Assembly: GCA_017499595.2 (NCBI GenBank)
Contig: CM039002.1
Location: forward strand, 3,596,001-3,660,000
Direction of reading: 5' to 3'
Length of the DNA stretch: 64,000 nucleotides
Source of the DNA: Psilocybe cubensis
Taxonomy: Eukaryota
The notes beneath the pieces are model-generated. The model worked only from the letters and a program-made list of their open reading frames with translations, did no database searches and was not told the DNA's origin. Made by a program: the position numbers and the translations under genes. This document shows positions 1-13,640 of the stretch, piece after piece. Positions within the stretch are counted from its first letter, which is position 1. Each line of letters opens with the position of its first letter.

Positions 1-512
1 GAAAGAAATAGAAACAAAGAGGATGGCATTGGATAGGGTAGGGTTGATAAATTAATACGACACACGCAATACGAAAGCCAATCAATCTAACTAACGCCAA
101 CACCCCCAAAAACAAAACATCACCACCGACAGTCCGTACATTACACATCAACGCGATGAGAAGCGATAGGCTGCAATAGATACATACATACTTATGTACA
201 TATACGTGCTATGCTGATGTACACCTCCCATCCCGCATCCCACCTCCTGTCCCACCTCCTTTACCCACACAAAACGCCCAGCTCAAATCATCTAATCTAT
301 TATAACTTGATCGTCCCTTTCCCAATACTTTTCTCTGCTTCTGCGATTGCAGCTGGGTCTGTTTGAGGACCTGATGCGGCTGTGGGGTGGATATTTCATT
401 GGTTTTTTTAGCGAGTGTGTTAGGGTGTGAGGGTGACGGGGTGCCTCATTGGATGTATGTCTATGTGTATGTGGGATACGAGGTGGAAAGTGCCGAGTGG
501 TAAGGTAGAAAA

Positions 513-668
513 GGAGAGGGAGAGGGAGAGGGAGAGGGAGAGGGAGAGGGAGAGGGAGAGGGAGAGGGAGAGGGAGAGGGAGAGGGAGAGGGAGAGGGAG
601 AGGGAGAGGGAGAGGGAGAGGGAGAGGGAGAGGGAGAGGGAGAGGGAGAGGGAGAGGGAGAGGGAGGG
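513..668 (+). repeat. (GGAGAG)n hexamer microsatellite, about 26 units
   Basis: Perfect tandem GGAGAG run. It explains the spurious PL/ER/SP-repeat ORFs here. Confidence 0.95.
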
Positions 669-799
669 ATGGGAACCACATCACACCACACCACACCCCG
701 CTCTCCAAGCACCAAGCACCCACCACCCAACACACCACACCACACCTCGGACATCAGCGCTCAGCCCGCAAGCCGCGTGCGCATAACCAATCCCCAATC

Positions 800-1135
800 C
801 CCGGACACCGAGTCCGCCACCTCCAAACATAGACGCAACCTTGATCATGAATGGCCTCTTCAATTCATCTTTAGCCTCTGCACCAAAAAGGTGGATCTTG
901 ACATGCTTGCCGTCGTAGAGGTTCTTGATGCCCATGAGACCCTGCATGAAGAGGGGCTGGGTGAAGTGGAACTAGAAGTGCATGACAGCCATCATGGCAA
1001 GGGACATGTATGTTGAGCGTAGCCGTGTGTCTTTGGGGGAGGGTGAGTTGGGTTGGGTTGGAAGGGAATGTGGGAGGGTCATACGAGTTTGGAGGTTTCG
1101 GAGAGGTCGTAGTCGCGCACGGTGTAGCGACTAGC
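800..1135 (-). pseudogene. PHO88: PHO88/SND3 (ER membrane targeting protein) 3' fragment
   Basis: The minus strand reads TVRDYDLSETSKL | intron (GTATGA) | LRSTYMSLAMMAVMHF*FHFTQPLFMQGLMGIKNLYDGKHVKIHLFGAEAKDELKRPF, the Pho88 signature. It has an in-frame TAG and no recognisable upstream exons. Confidence 0.75.
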
Positions 1136-2953
1136 TGTGGTGCGTCTTGAGACTATGGCAAATCAGAGGGTGATCGGTTAATGAGGGTTGGCGGGCTCCA
1201 CTATCCCAAGGATGAGCACACAGTCCAAAGCCCAAGAAACAATCAGTGCTGATCCAGCTTTGCATATCCATTAGTTGTGGCTCACAATTGAAGCTGAAAG
1301 TGCCCACCTATTGTGCAAAGAACCCAGGTTCAACTACTGAATGGAGCCTTATACCATGTTATTTCCTAACCATTCCATCCAAGCGCTGAGATACACTTTT
1401 TCTTCGCCCAGTACGGATGGGAAAGATGTCTATTCAATGGCGGGGTAAGTCCCCGCCCTGATGGACAAAATCACAACGTCAACTTCCCCAATGCAGAGTA
1501 ATCAATGATTGTATGTACGAAGGAAGAGAAGGGGGAGGGAGAGGGGGTTGTGGTATCGGTAGAAAAGATGCGGTGAATGAGGTGGTAGTTATCAAAGAAA
1601 AATCAGCAGCTGGCAGACTCGGCCCCACAGAGACTCGTCGACAAAGACGCGACTGGGACCACCGCAGCCGCCTCAAAGGGACTTATCCGCAAGTATTTCT
1701 CCAACGATTATGGAGAACCCGGATGCGAAGGAGATTCAAAGGCGTGAAATGGCAATGAAGAAGGTGAGCAACATACGAAAACACACACAATCACTCACAT
1801 GCTCGTGATCACCCACAAACTCCCGTACTCCTTCACAACCTACCGCTGAAACACAGGTCTGACGCCTAAATTCTCCACAAGATCGTCAACGTGATGCATC
1901 TCCTCATCTTCCTTATACCCCCGCAAACCCACGCCTAACTACACTCTTATACATACCATTGATGTGCATATCTGAGTGCATATACACGCTCATAGCGCCT
2001 CGGCAGTCTTGTTGTTCGACTTTTTCTTGTTCGCATTCGTGTTTTCGTTCCAGTTTAAATAACTGCACTGAAATGAACAAGGCTACGACGACACGTAAGC
2101 TATGGCCGGTGTACGAGATAATGCCGGCATACCACCTTTCTCTCAGAGGAGGGTTCAGCAGGCAAGAGATGGCGTTGGGTAAGAAGACCGCTGAGTCTGC
2201 CGCGAGTTCTGATGACGAGTACATGGACTCTGTCGAGTATTAAAATTAGGGTCAGGGAGGACGAGGACGTACAGAAACAGAGGTGTTGATTTACCTATTG
2301 CACGTGTGTTGAACTGCGCAACCTAACTGCAATCGTGCACTGGAAGACGGAAAGCGAGTCGAAGAACGGCGGTACAGGCATGCTGTGTGCAAATGAGCTG
2401 TTGTCCTGAGAAGTTATGCGGGAGGTTGTCAGTTTGCTTGGTGTTCATGTTGAAATTCAACTCCATCGACATCGACTCACGTTCACAGTCTTCTTGTTTG
2501 AGCAGCAGGTCAGCTTCCAAAAAACGAGCGTTAAGAGGGGAGTTAAAATCACATCATGTATGTGTAAAGCAGGAACCAAAGAGACACGTACTAATCACGA
2601 AGGATCGTTCGTGGACATGAAACTGAAGCGAGACGAGACCAACGCTCGCGCGAATTGCGCATTAGTCAGCCGTTGATGTTTCCACGCTTGGGCCACTCCA
2701 GCTAGTGTTGGCCCTCTTACCTCTCTATAACTCGTATTGCCTTTGTGAGAACTTAAAGTCAAATTCATATAGCATCTGCAATAATAGCAATCAGCTCAGT
2801 CAGTACCTTCATGCAGCATGACTCTGAACCAACGTATTATGTCCATCCATATTTCATAACGCACAAAAGCAACAAAAGAGGAAAACATTACGTCTGGTAT
2901 GCTCATAATCACTCAGGCATACATGCACTTTGGCATCAATTGGATGTATTCCG

Positions 2954-3064
2954 GTGTATACGTCGGGTGATGAATGGGTATCAAGTGTGATATGGCTTGC
3001 ATTGAGAAGCGCATCATTCAAGGAAGTGGAATCAGATATGGATAAAGACTTGGACATCATAGGA
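2954..3064. repeat. ~110-bp segment repeated in inverted orientation at 7499-7609
   Basis: The reverse complement matches 7499-7609 (GATGTCCAAGTCTTTATCCATATCTGATTCC...) with a few transitions. Confidence 0.9.
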
Positions 3065-3657
3065 AGGTTGGATGGGTTTGAAGACTATTTGTCAAGGGGA
3101 TAGCATTTTCGTGAGTGCTCCTCCATTGCTTCCTATCCATATGCCTCTCCATACTCCCCAGCCTCATTCCACCTGTATATATGCTCTCTACCGCCTCCAC
3201 CGCCCGTCCACGTCAGAGGAGAGGTGCTGTGTGACCCAACACACCCTTTATTAGCTTATTACAGAATCCAGTACAATGTCAGTGCACATTTACCATCATG
3301 TAAAAATTGGTCAGGGTAAGTCCCTGTATGTGCCAGTGATATATCAGTGCATTTGTCAGTGCATTGTGCGGTGGCAAAATTTGTACTCGTTGCTTGAAAC
3401 CTGCGTGGCCGTGAGAAGGTTAACTTGGAACAACTATGCTTTACTTGTTCGTAGCTTCTGGGTCAGACCTGGCTAAATAACCAAATGTAGTAGTAGATAT
3501 ATATTCTTTAAGACGTAGAGTACAAATCTGTTGTATTAATTTGAGCACAAATCCCAGAAAACCAACAGAATTATGGTAGAATCATTGTGACGACTAGTTG
3601 TAAAAACAGTATCAAAATTTCAGGAAGTTTAATGTGTACTAGCAGTGCCCCCGTTCT

Positions 3658-3820
3658 TTGCACAGAAAGTTGGGCGGTAATTTACTATGTTATTTCCCCA
3701 GTGTTTCCATATTTTCAGGCCCAAATACAGTGTTTGTGCTTTGCATAGAAAGATGGGAGGCAATTTATCATGTTATTTCCCCAGTGTTACCGTATTTTTC
3801 AGGCCCAATTACAGTGTTTT
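3658..3820 (+). repeat. Tandem duplication of an ~83-bp unit
   Basis: TTGCAyAGAAAG...ATGTTATTTCCCCAGTGTT...TTTTCAGGCCCAAwTACAGTGTTT occurs twice back to back. Confidence 0.85.
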
Positions 3821-6800
3821 TCAGACTCAATTACAACGTTTTCAGGCATATTTATAATTTTTAGGTGATTGAAAAAGCAATGTTGGTTTGATTATTTCAG
3901 GAAGTTTAACGTGTATTACTAGTACACGACTTTCAAAACTGCATTAGTTTAAGTCAATGAATAAGCCATTCACCACAATGAGTCGGCTTAGAACAATGTA
4001 CCTCGGATCTGTGCATCAAAAGCTGTAAGAAGCAAAGATTTATTAATCTGCTTGGACATTCAGACAACACAAAATTAACGCACATGAGTGACATAATCTT
4101 GATATTTCTCCTGATCACGGAAGATCCGAATATGATCAAGTTCACATCCAGCGCAAGCCAGCTTGAGGACTCCACTTTTAACAGGTGGAGCAAGGTGTCT
4201 CCCTTGATTAAATCATTGCAGTTGACTCTCAATGGGATGCCATCCCGTATAATTCCCCAAAATCTTCCCAGGAAGAGCTGTCCATAAAACGGAATTTGCG
4301 CGTACATGTTGACTATGCATTCGCCTTTGATATCAATCGATCCGCGGAGCTTTTGAACAATTGAGAATCTTGGTTAATTGAGAAGTTCCAGGTAGAGCGA
4401 GGGAACGTACCTGTATGACCACCGAATCCAAGGGTATATCGCTCATGACAGGCATCGGGTCTCCAACTTGCGGTTTTGTGGAAACACCAATAGAAAAGAC
4501 ATGGATACCATCATTTACAACATGGTATTTCTCCAGGAACTTGGTAAGCGGATGGTCCTCTACGGAATGGAAATTAAACATCTTTGAGTAATGATGCTTT
4601 CAACAGGAGCTATGCACATACTTGGATCGATAGAGACTTCTGACATTGGTGGAATGTTTAAAATGTAGCTGATGCCTTGAGAAGTATGAAATGGGTTGTA
4701 CTACGAGAATTTAAGGGGCTTTTATATTGGATGGAGGTAATTGAGCGCAATGTCAAATGACTACCTCACGGGTATTCTTGAGTAACTAATAGCCAAAGGA
4801 AAAGTTTTTAGTGTGGTAGTGTCACCAGACAGCTGTTTGCCTCCGGCGCTTTTGTTTTGTGCGCTGTGGATACATTGAGAGTATCTCCCAGACGACCGCA
4901 CAATAAGATCTCCGGCTGCAAACAGCGATATTCCAGGTGTATCGACGAGTTAATTTAATGTATTACTCCTGACAGTTAGGGTTGCGAAAATAAATGTCCT
5001 GAGAGTTATCCAACCTAATGCATATGATAGGAGCAAGTGGCTGCAAACCAATCAATGATCATGAGAAGCTTTGAAAGATCATTTGGACGATTCAACAGCA
5101 TTTTCTGAGCTATAAATATATGATTACTTGTACCCGGAAATATTTGCTCTGCGGAACTTGGTATCAATTTAAGAGAAACGCAAGCGGTATCTGCCAATGT
5201 AGGTATGTTTAATTTTACTGAGTTGATCCAGTAAAACAAAACATTAATTGGGCATTTACTCATGTCAAAACCGCAATTTCCAAGGCAAGTAGTCTTGAAG
5301 GGAATAGACAGACTCCCTAACCTGTGTTCTCTATGGGTTACCAGACAGCCTTCGATGTACCAAGGACTCAAGATCCCATCTTTCCTTTGTTGGGGTTTCA
5401 AGCAACAAGGAAGGAAAGTAACGGGAAGCGCTTTGCAAGAACTTTATTTAGCCTTGACAGCAAAAGAGAGGTGCAATGCAGGCAGAAAGGAAAATGTTGC
5501 TGATGAGTGACTACCTGGAAGAACTGAAAGAGCAGTTGGTGAATAAAGTTGATTCAAACTTTGGAAGATGGTGTGTGTTTATTTGCACCGAGGTCTCATA
5601 GGTAAGACTCTACATTGAGCCATAGTACCGTTGTGCTCAGGTAATTCAGACTCCAGAGCACGCGCATCAAACATCCCTGCGCAAAGATCGCCCTAAGTTA
5701 AAAAAAGGCCACCGCTCAAGCGAGAATGGATGATGGTGTGCGGGGGGATGGGTTTGATGCATGGAAAAGGGGGTGGGTTTGTGTGGGAGGCGAGTGGCAC
5801 GGGGTTTGGGGGAACAGAGGTAGGTCAACAAGAACACCCACCCACCAACCACCAACGCAGTGCGGCGGTGGATAACGAAAATGGGTTTCTAGATATATTT
5901 GAAAGAGGGAAGTAGCAGAAGGAGCGTACAGATGCTACTGCCTCCCTCAACCCACGCTTGCGCTCTTCCTGGTCGCGCGCATCCCCTTACTTATCCTTCT
6001 TTGTCGTTACCCCGTGTCTATTCCCAGCTCTTGTAGCATGGATTCTATGTGGGTATGGGTCGAGTCACGGGACGATATTCGCTGCCCTAAAAATAGGTAT
6101 CCTTTGATGAACGGCCTAGAGTGTCTATGTACCAGGGCTTTCTCGTTCCCGTCCATGGAGTAAAATCTTATCGGTTGGTGATGTTCGTTGACTCTCGACC
6201 TCTGGCCCGCATGTCAAGATGACAATTTTCCATATGATAAAACTAATGCAGCGTGAGATTTTCTCAGATTTGATTTTGCCTTTTTAAAATCTTGTCGGGT
6301 TTAATATTCGTCGGCTCTCTACATTTGGTTTTGGTTTGCATGTCAATGTCTCAATACTCTATAGAACAGCACAGACTGCACCATCCCACGCGGCGGAAGA
6401 CTAGAACAATTCGACGAAGCAAATGGGTGGTCCGTGGGAATAATAGTTGGCGCATATCGTAACACGAAAGTTTCCTGCATTGCCCTAGACTTTTGTGAGC
6501 AGTGAGAACTGTTACTGCAGGAAATACTTACCTCCCGTCAAGTGCAGGGAAATGTAGGCATTGTTGTACGTCCCTTTTCCTGAACGCTGATGACTACGTC
6601 ACGAACAATGAAATACTGCGCGCCAATTCTCTGTGTTCAAATCCATCTCGGAGCCCTGCCACTGAAACGGATTTTGAAGTATTTGGGCTGCCAACACGCT
6701 TTGTGATGAGAAATTTACCCCCTCGCTGAGTGACAGAGTTGTAGGAGCTGCTCTGGAGTGAGTGCCTCATCGTTGCCGTCTGTAATGATATTTTTAGCTC

Positions 6801-7254
6801 ATAACCGCGCTACGTTTTGAGCTGATAGAAACATGTGACATTTTATCGGATGCTAGCAATTCATTTTGAGACGAGAAGTATCTTATCATCCAACTTAATA
6901 TAAGAAATGTTGGCTACGCACAGTCCATACGCTTAAAGGACGACACAAAATAAGTGGGATGCGACTGCGGAGGCCTTTGACAGCACTCAAATTCATCCCC
7001 TCTATCCAGAAGTGATATTAAAATGGTATCATTTCATTTAGGCACTGCAACACACAAGAACTTGGTGGTTTCTTCACTTGGAACTTTGTCTGTTTGCTTT
7101 TTTTGCTTTTTCCTTCAAAATTAGAACCCTAGAACCGTAATTCAAAGTTCTTCGACTTATATTTATTGGGATCCTATGCAAAGTTCTTTCGCTTACAAAT
7201 AAAACAGGGATTGTGTTAGAGAACCATAGTGATATTGTATTCTCATGTTACATT

Positions 7255-7843
7255 TCTCATGAGAACGGAAATATACACTGCAATCTAACTGTAGAGAGTA
7301 TCAAGTTTGCATTAAAAACATCTGAGGGTCCGCAAGACAAAGATTTCCGGGAATAAACAGCTAGCAAACACTTGAGCTGTCAATGTCCAACCACAGACTC
7401 GGCGCACGACCTGAAGCCTTCTCACAGTGTTTTATTTTAAACTCGTCATAAGAGCAGACACTGTATCCACACGTTAGGAAGATATACGTTATTGGTTATC
7501 CTACGATGTCCAAGTCTTTATCCATATCTGATTCCACTTCCTTGAATGATGCGCTTCTCAATGCAAGCCATATCACACTTGATACCCATCCATCACCCAA
7601 CATATACATCTCTCATGAGAACAGAAATTATACACTGAAATCTAGCTGTAGAGAGTATAAAGTTTGCATTGAAAACATCTGAGGGTCCGCAAGACAAAGC
7701 TTGCCGGGAATAAACAGCTAACAAACACTTGAGCTGTCAATGTGTCCAACCACAGACTCGGCGCACGACCTAAAGCCTTCTCATAGTGTTCTATTTTAAA
7801 CACGTCAGAAGAACGGATACTTTATCAACGCATTAGGAAGATA
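7255..7843 (+). repeat. Diverged ~230-bp direct repeat (7255-7484, 7611-7843) flanking the inverted insert
   Basis: Both copies start TCTCATGAGAAC and share CATCTGAGGGTCCGCAAGACAAAG and CCACAGACTCGGCGCACGACCT. Confidence 0.9.
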
Positions 7844-8548
7844 AAATGATTAATTTGCTATGCCAGTACCTCGCATGCTCTAGGTAGAATCTTGCCGCAT
7901 CACAAACGTTGGCAGGTGTTGCTGGTAAGTTCAGTTCGCACGGGTTGACGATCAAAACACTTGTGGATCACGTGTGCTTAAGCATTTTAGGTCCCCACAA
8001 TCTGCCACCAGTACAAAGGGGAGCAAGCTCCCCAATTGGGCGGGCCGCTTTCTTTAGGGCAGGTCAAAATCCATGTATCCTTTTTCGGCCCAACTGCTCG
8101 CTACAGGGATTCAAACTCAGATTTACCAGGCTGGATAACGACCAGCCTGGTCACGACTGACTATCGTAACCACAAACGTGTAAGATGATCTTTTTTCAAT
8201 GATGAGAAATCTTTTAGCTGATGGAACGCACGGCGCTGAATCATATTTTTGACCGTCTCAATTTAACAACACCCAACAGGATCCAGTAACACGTAGTTAA
8301 ATGATAACATACATTCTACGTCTTGAAGAGATCTTGTTTATACCAAAGTGCAATTCAACGACAAATTTCTTTAGGGTGATGGAAATTCTACGGGCATTCT
8401 GGATACCTGATTGCACAGCCCAGGGATACCAGATCAACCAAAATCATTATGTTGATTCCGTACAATGATTAATCATGATGCTTGAAATGAACTGAATCTG
8501 CATATAATCTACGAACTGGATTTTGATGTAGTCCGGCCCCTTCCTCTA

Positions 8549-9775
8549 ATGTCGTCAGTCTACACGCCAGCCTCTGTATATTCAGATGCGTTACACCATA
8601 TTGCGAGTGGGAACCTCAATGGAGTTATGATTCAAGTGTTACTAATGGGTATTCCCCATATTCTGTTAAAATTTGGTAGGGTGTTAACACCATAATTTGT
8701 AGGTATTTACACGATGCTATATGGATGGACTATGTATAGATACCGTATGTCTCTATACCGAGCGACAATTCGAAATTCTGACATCCTGAATTTCAGTATC
8801 CGAGGCAAAGGCAACAACAAACCATCGCATTGTCTCGTTCATACTCTCCGCGCTATACCTCGTCTGCCTGGCAAACTGTCTAGTTGGGGGATATTACCTC
8901 AATTACTTTTTCGTTTTGAGGATGACGAAACTCCGGCTTTGTGGGTGTTATTGTGGCTCTCGTTCGACGTTTCGTCGTTGATTCTATCGGATGTACTGTT
9001 GGTGAGTCGGTATTTCCTTCAAAGAAGGTCTTATTCGTGTGCATTATGGAAGATTTGGCGATGCTACCATGTTTGGGGCCGCTCAGTTAAAGTTATTATA
9101 GTACCATCACTGCTTGTAGTCATTGGGTCTAGTAAGCACAATTATCACTATCTGTACACACACTGAATACACCGGATTTAGTCCTGTGCCTCCAGATTAT
9201 CGGCGCAGGCATGAATGACAACGAAGAAGTCCCTTCATGGCCCATATTCTTCTCAATAGGCACAACAGCGCTGACTACATTTCTCATCGCGTTCAGAATA
9301 TTTTCTTCGTTTCGAGATATTACACAATCAAAGGGTAGATATCGGCGGGTTGTGGCTATCATTGCCGAGTCGTCGATGTGGTACACAGTCGTGCTCGTGG
9401 TATTGGGAGCAACGTATGGCGTATCCGATTTTTCACCTTGGGTCCAGCTGTTTTACGCTGTATACAGGATATAATTTACTGTATCGGTACGTGCTGCCTC
9501 CGTGGCTTCATATATGCCCACATTGCAAACTCGGACTTCCACTATTTTAGGGATTGGCGCCGACGTATATGGTGGCTAGACTAGCGATTGCCAAGGACTG
9601 CGAAACCGATTTTGCGACACTTACACACATATCCGGTGTTAGTTCCAGATCGCAGCAGTGGATAGGGGTGGGTAGGGATGGGCAATTCCTAGTGATGACT
9701 ACTCTGATACAACCATGGATCCGTATCCCAAGATACGATACCTCGACAGGGAAAAGGGGGCGTATGTGTGGATAG
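8549..9775 (+). CDS. Multi-exon integral membrane protein of the expanded Agaricomycete 7TM-like family; possibly frameshifted
   Basis: Spliced reading: MSSVY...NGVMIQVLLMG|IYTMLYGWTMYRY...LSDVLL|IWRCYHVWGRSVKVIIVP...TTFLIAFRIF...RYRRVVAIIAESS...|GLAPTYMVARLA. A frame inconsistency near 8920 suggests decay. Confidence 0.65.
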
Positions 9776-12700
9776 AATGTAAGAAGAGTCTGTTGACAGA
9801 AGCGTGGACAAGGAACTGTGATAGAAGGATACCGACCGCAGTTAAAAATGGAGAGAATGCAATAGAAGGAGAACGACCAGAGTTTTCCATATGAATATTA
9901 TTGGTGGGATATGTCTGCCCACTATCCTCTGCACCGACACCGACACCAATGACGTATATCCGCCAACACTCTGTGCCATGCCCTTCGCCTAATGAGAAAC
10001 GGGAGGTGGTGGAGGTGGTGCAGAACCTAGAGTGAAGCGCAGGAGGTTGGTTGAGGAGTACGTGAACTGTGTTATTAGTTATGACAGCGAGGTGGGGTGT
10101 GGGCGAGAGGATGCGGTGAATGGTGCACTCGACAAGACTAGGTATGTGGAAGGCGTAGAGAGTATGAGCGTTGGTTAAGGAGACGGAGGTGGAGGTGGAT
10201 GATCCAAGGGAATCGAACAAAATTTGTAGGAATGACCCATAAACACACTCTAAGTAGCACTTGGTCCAATTGGTCGTCCAGTTCTTTGTCGCAACACCTC
10301 ACTTTACACATCGAACGTAAAGGTCACGCGGCGCTGGCTTAAATTGAGAGAGAGATTGTGTTTAAAGTCGACTTTGTGGTGGCGTTTGTGTGCAGTGAGT
10401 CATGAAAATGTGTTGAATTCGGCAAGTGTGTGCGGATGGTGGATAAAGTTTGAAGAATAGGAAAACCTATTACGCACCTGAACAATCTTTCTTAGTGATA
10501 ACCATTTTGAACTTGAATCCTCCTTGTACTCAAACACGCAGTCGAGGCGCAGTTAATGATGTGCCAGCCCCCGGGTGCGCGACCTCATTGTTCATTAGCC
10601 CGCCACTAAACACGACCGAATCATCGTTTTCCCCACCGGAATTTTCCCAACGCGAAGGGCGTACCGTGTGACATTAATGTTGATGTCGGACAGATGAGTG
10701 ATTATGATGTACAAGGCACGGAGCGCGAGCTGGCTCATGAAGACGCTCGTCCGTTTGATGAATTTGGTGGCGAGGGTATTTTTTTTTTCTTGTGCGCGTA
10801 TCTCTATATCGGAGGAGGAGGACTTTGCATTGGGGATGGGAGCTGAGACGGATAGATGGTACTGAGAGCGGAGGAGAGGGGCGGACGATGGCAACGAGTT
10901 TTTCAAATTAGTCAACGGGTGATTGGGAAGATTGCTTGGGCCTTACACATCCGCGCCTACACCAACGTACAACCCAACAAGGCGCATATATTCGCTGATA
11001 TCGAGGATATGAGTCTCAGACACTCGTTATCACCCTCTCGATCCTGCTCACCTTCGAGTAAAACAATGATTGACATCAATCAATATGAAACTGACGTGAT
11101 CCCGGAGACATCGCGTAAGGTGGCAGGCAACGCACTACCAACATTCGAAAGCATGCCACTACCAGACGCTGGGGACGGGGATGTATTTGAGAGCCCAGAG
11201 TCAGACAGAAGCTGTGTGGGAGGCTGCAGCTTTAATGAGGGCGACAATGTGGAATGACATGGAAGAAAGTGGAGGCAACAACAACACTCACTCACATACA
11301 CACACAAGCGCACCTCAGTAGAAATGAAATACACTCCCGCCCAGTGCCACAATGGAAACCACTTTGGTGACCCTCAACCCCTTACTCTCCAATGCTTACT
11401 TTTACTCTTGTGCGCAACCCATCAATGCCAAGGTGCGCGTATGTTCTCGTGTCTTTGGCCGGAAGATGAGAGTCTCGCACACGACGCATGCGCGCTTCGT
11501 ATGGAGGGTGTGGAGGATGAGTCGACACAGACAAGGATGGGAATGCGGATGTTTAGGCTGCGGGGTGAACGTAAGATTAAGGGTTGTGCTTTTACGTAGA
11601 CGTTGAATGTGAGGTAGTAAAGAGAGCGAGGGGGCGCGCATTGTCCGGGTTGTGAAGGAAAGTGGAAGAAAGAAGGGATAGGCGGAAATGGTCACTCACC
11701 AGCACTGAGATAACCACAGAATCCAACAAAGGGGTGAAACCGGGTGAGAGAAAGACGCGAATGCTGGCAGGTTTGTGGCAAAATTTGTAAGTCGTGTACT
11801 TGGATGCGCGAGGAGAGGCGGAGTGGTCGTTGTCGTGCCGTGTTGGGAGGCCGTCGGTGCACTTGGCGTCCATGTAGAGTTATATGTTGTACTCGTTCAT
11901 GTGTGTTCTTTCCCCTCACAATTGTGAACATGTCTATGCAGCTCCTGTCCTCAGTCCAGAGACCGTGTCACAATGTCCTCCTCCGTAATTGCTTCATATA
12001 CCCTTGCCTCTCAAAATCGAGTCGGCGGCGGCGGAACTCGTAGATACGCAGGAAAGGTTGCGGGGTTGAATTCGATTATGCTGGGAGGGACATGATGCAG
12101 GGGACATGAATGTGGAAAAGGGATTAATGGAGGCCAGCGCACCTTGTTGCAGTCCACCGCCGGACAAGAAGTTGAAAGAAAAACCTTGACTGGACGTCGG
12201 AGCAGGTATGTTTCTCACTGTACACAGATTCATCGAAGAGTTGCGGGGCGGGTGACACGAGTGCGAGTCGTTGGAAAAACTTGGGCGCAAACTCACCGGA
12301 ATGTGACCAACCGTTCTGCCACCTGCCGTTCTGATCACAAAATAACACCCAACTCGTCCTCCATCTCGCAACCATTGGCGCAGACAACTCACACCTGAGA
12401 AACCCGGCGTTGAATGCGCCATAGGCACGCATGAGGTACCAAAGAACGTATACGTGTACATGGAGTAGCATGAAGAGCGTGAACAAAACCCGCAATTTCT
12501 ACCGCACCGGACCCACAGACTTTTACCATCAGTCACGACGCTAGCAGTACAACAAGTCTCACATATATGTATGTGGACGCTGTGCCGCAGCGGCGTCGAT
12601 GTTAAGTATGTGCCAGCATGGGTGATAGCGGTGGAGAGGGGAGTGTTGTGGGTACCCTTGAGTCGCGAAAAAAAATCAAAAAAATCAAACGCAAATCGCT

Positions 12701-13530
12701 CACCTAATGCCTCCCCCTGCTTTGTGCCTCTTCCTTGCTATCCTGCATCCCATCTTTCCAGTTGCGTATTCGTAGACTACCGCGATGTTCGTGTTGTCGA
12801 TCGTGTGGTCGGGGAAGAGATTGAAGAACACTGAGACACGGTAAGTCTAACTCAGCAGGAAGAAAGAAAGGCTAATATATTGTACCTGAGACACGGTAAG
12901 TCTAACTGTAAAGTACAATGAGCGATTGTGTGTATGTAGCATGAAAAGATACTGTACCTCAGCAGGAAGAAAGAAAGGCTGAGGTACAGGATGGAAAGAG
13001 TGTGGTATAAGTGAGAAAACGAGTGACTGGAAGTGAGGTAAAAAAGAAGTGTAGGTGATGCGTTGTACACAAATGGAATCGACGACTCTGTCTACGAAAA
13101 GAAATGCTGACACTGCTGGCGCTCATGGATATTTGATTGATAAATATGTATTGAAAATTATGTTTCCTGTATGCTGATTGATATTTGTCCAGATAATGCA
13201 AAAAAAATAATTCCGTCATCTATTGCGAAAATATACAGCATATTGGGAAACATTTTTGTTTAAGAAATTCGGACAAAATATAGCACTTGTTTTCTTGACA
13301 AATAGTTGGGGTTAAAGACAACATATAAGCAATTTATTTTCAGGGCAAAAATATGACATATTTTTCAAGAAATTAAAGAGACAAGTAGACAATATAATTC
13401 CTTTTATTTTATTTAGTAACGAATTTTTTGTATATCTACGGAATATAGGTAAAACAAAAAGATTGCATTTTTTTTTGACAAATATCATGCATAAAATATA
13501 TACTAGATATTTGTAGACTTTATATTTAAT

Positions 13531-13640
13531 CGAGTCACTCGGCGAGTCGCCGGCGAGTCACTGGCGAGTTGCCGAACGACTCGAAGAGCGAGTCACTGGC
13601 GAGTCGACAAGCGCGTCACTGGCGAGTCGACTCAGCGAGC
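13531..13640 (+). repeat. Cluster of ~8 imperfect GGCGAGTC(A/G)C(T/C) repeats after a 400-bp AT-rich tract
   Basis: cgagtcactc ggcgagtcgcc ggcgagtcact ggcgagttgcc ... gcgagtcact ggcgagtcgac ... ggcgagtcgactc. Confidence 0.8.

Noticed and set aside
292-786. ORFs with PL, ER and SP dipeptide repeats
   Set aside because: Artefacts of the (GGAGAG)n microsatellite.
3950-5500. Degenerate minus-strand coding-like region
   Set aside because: Several short ORFs with stops and no motif I can assign; possibly a TE relic.
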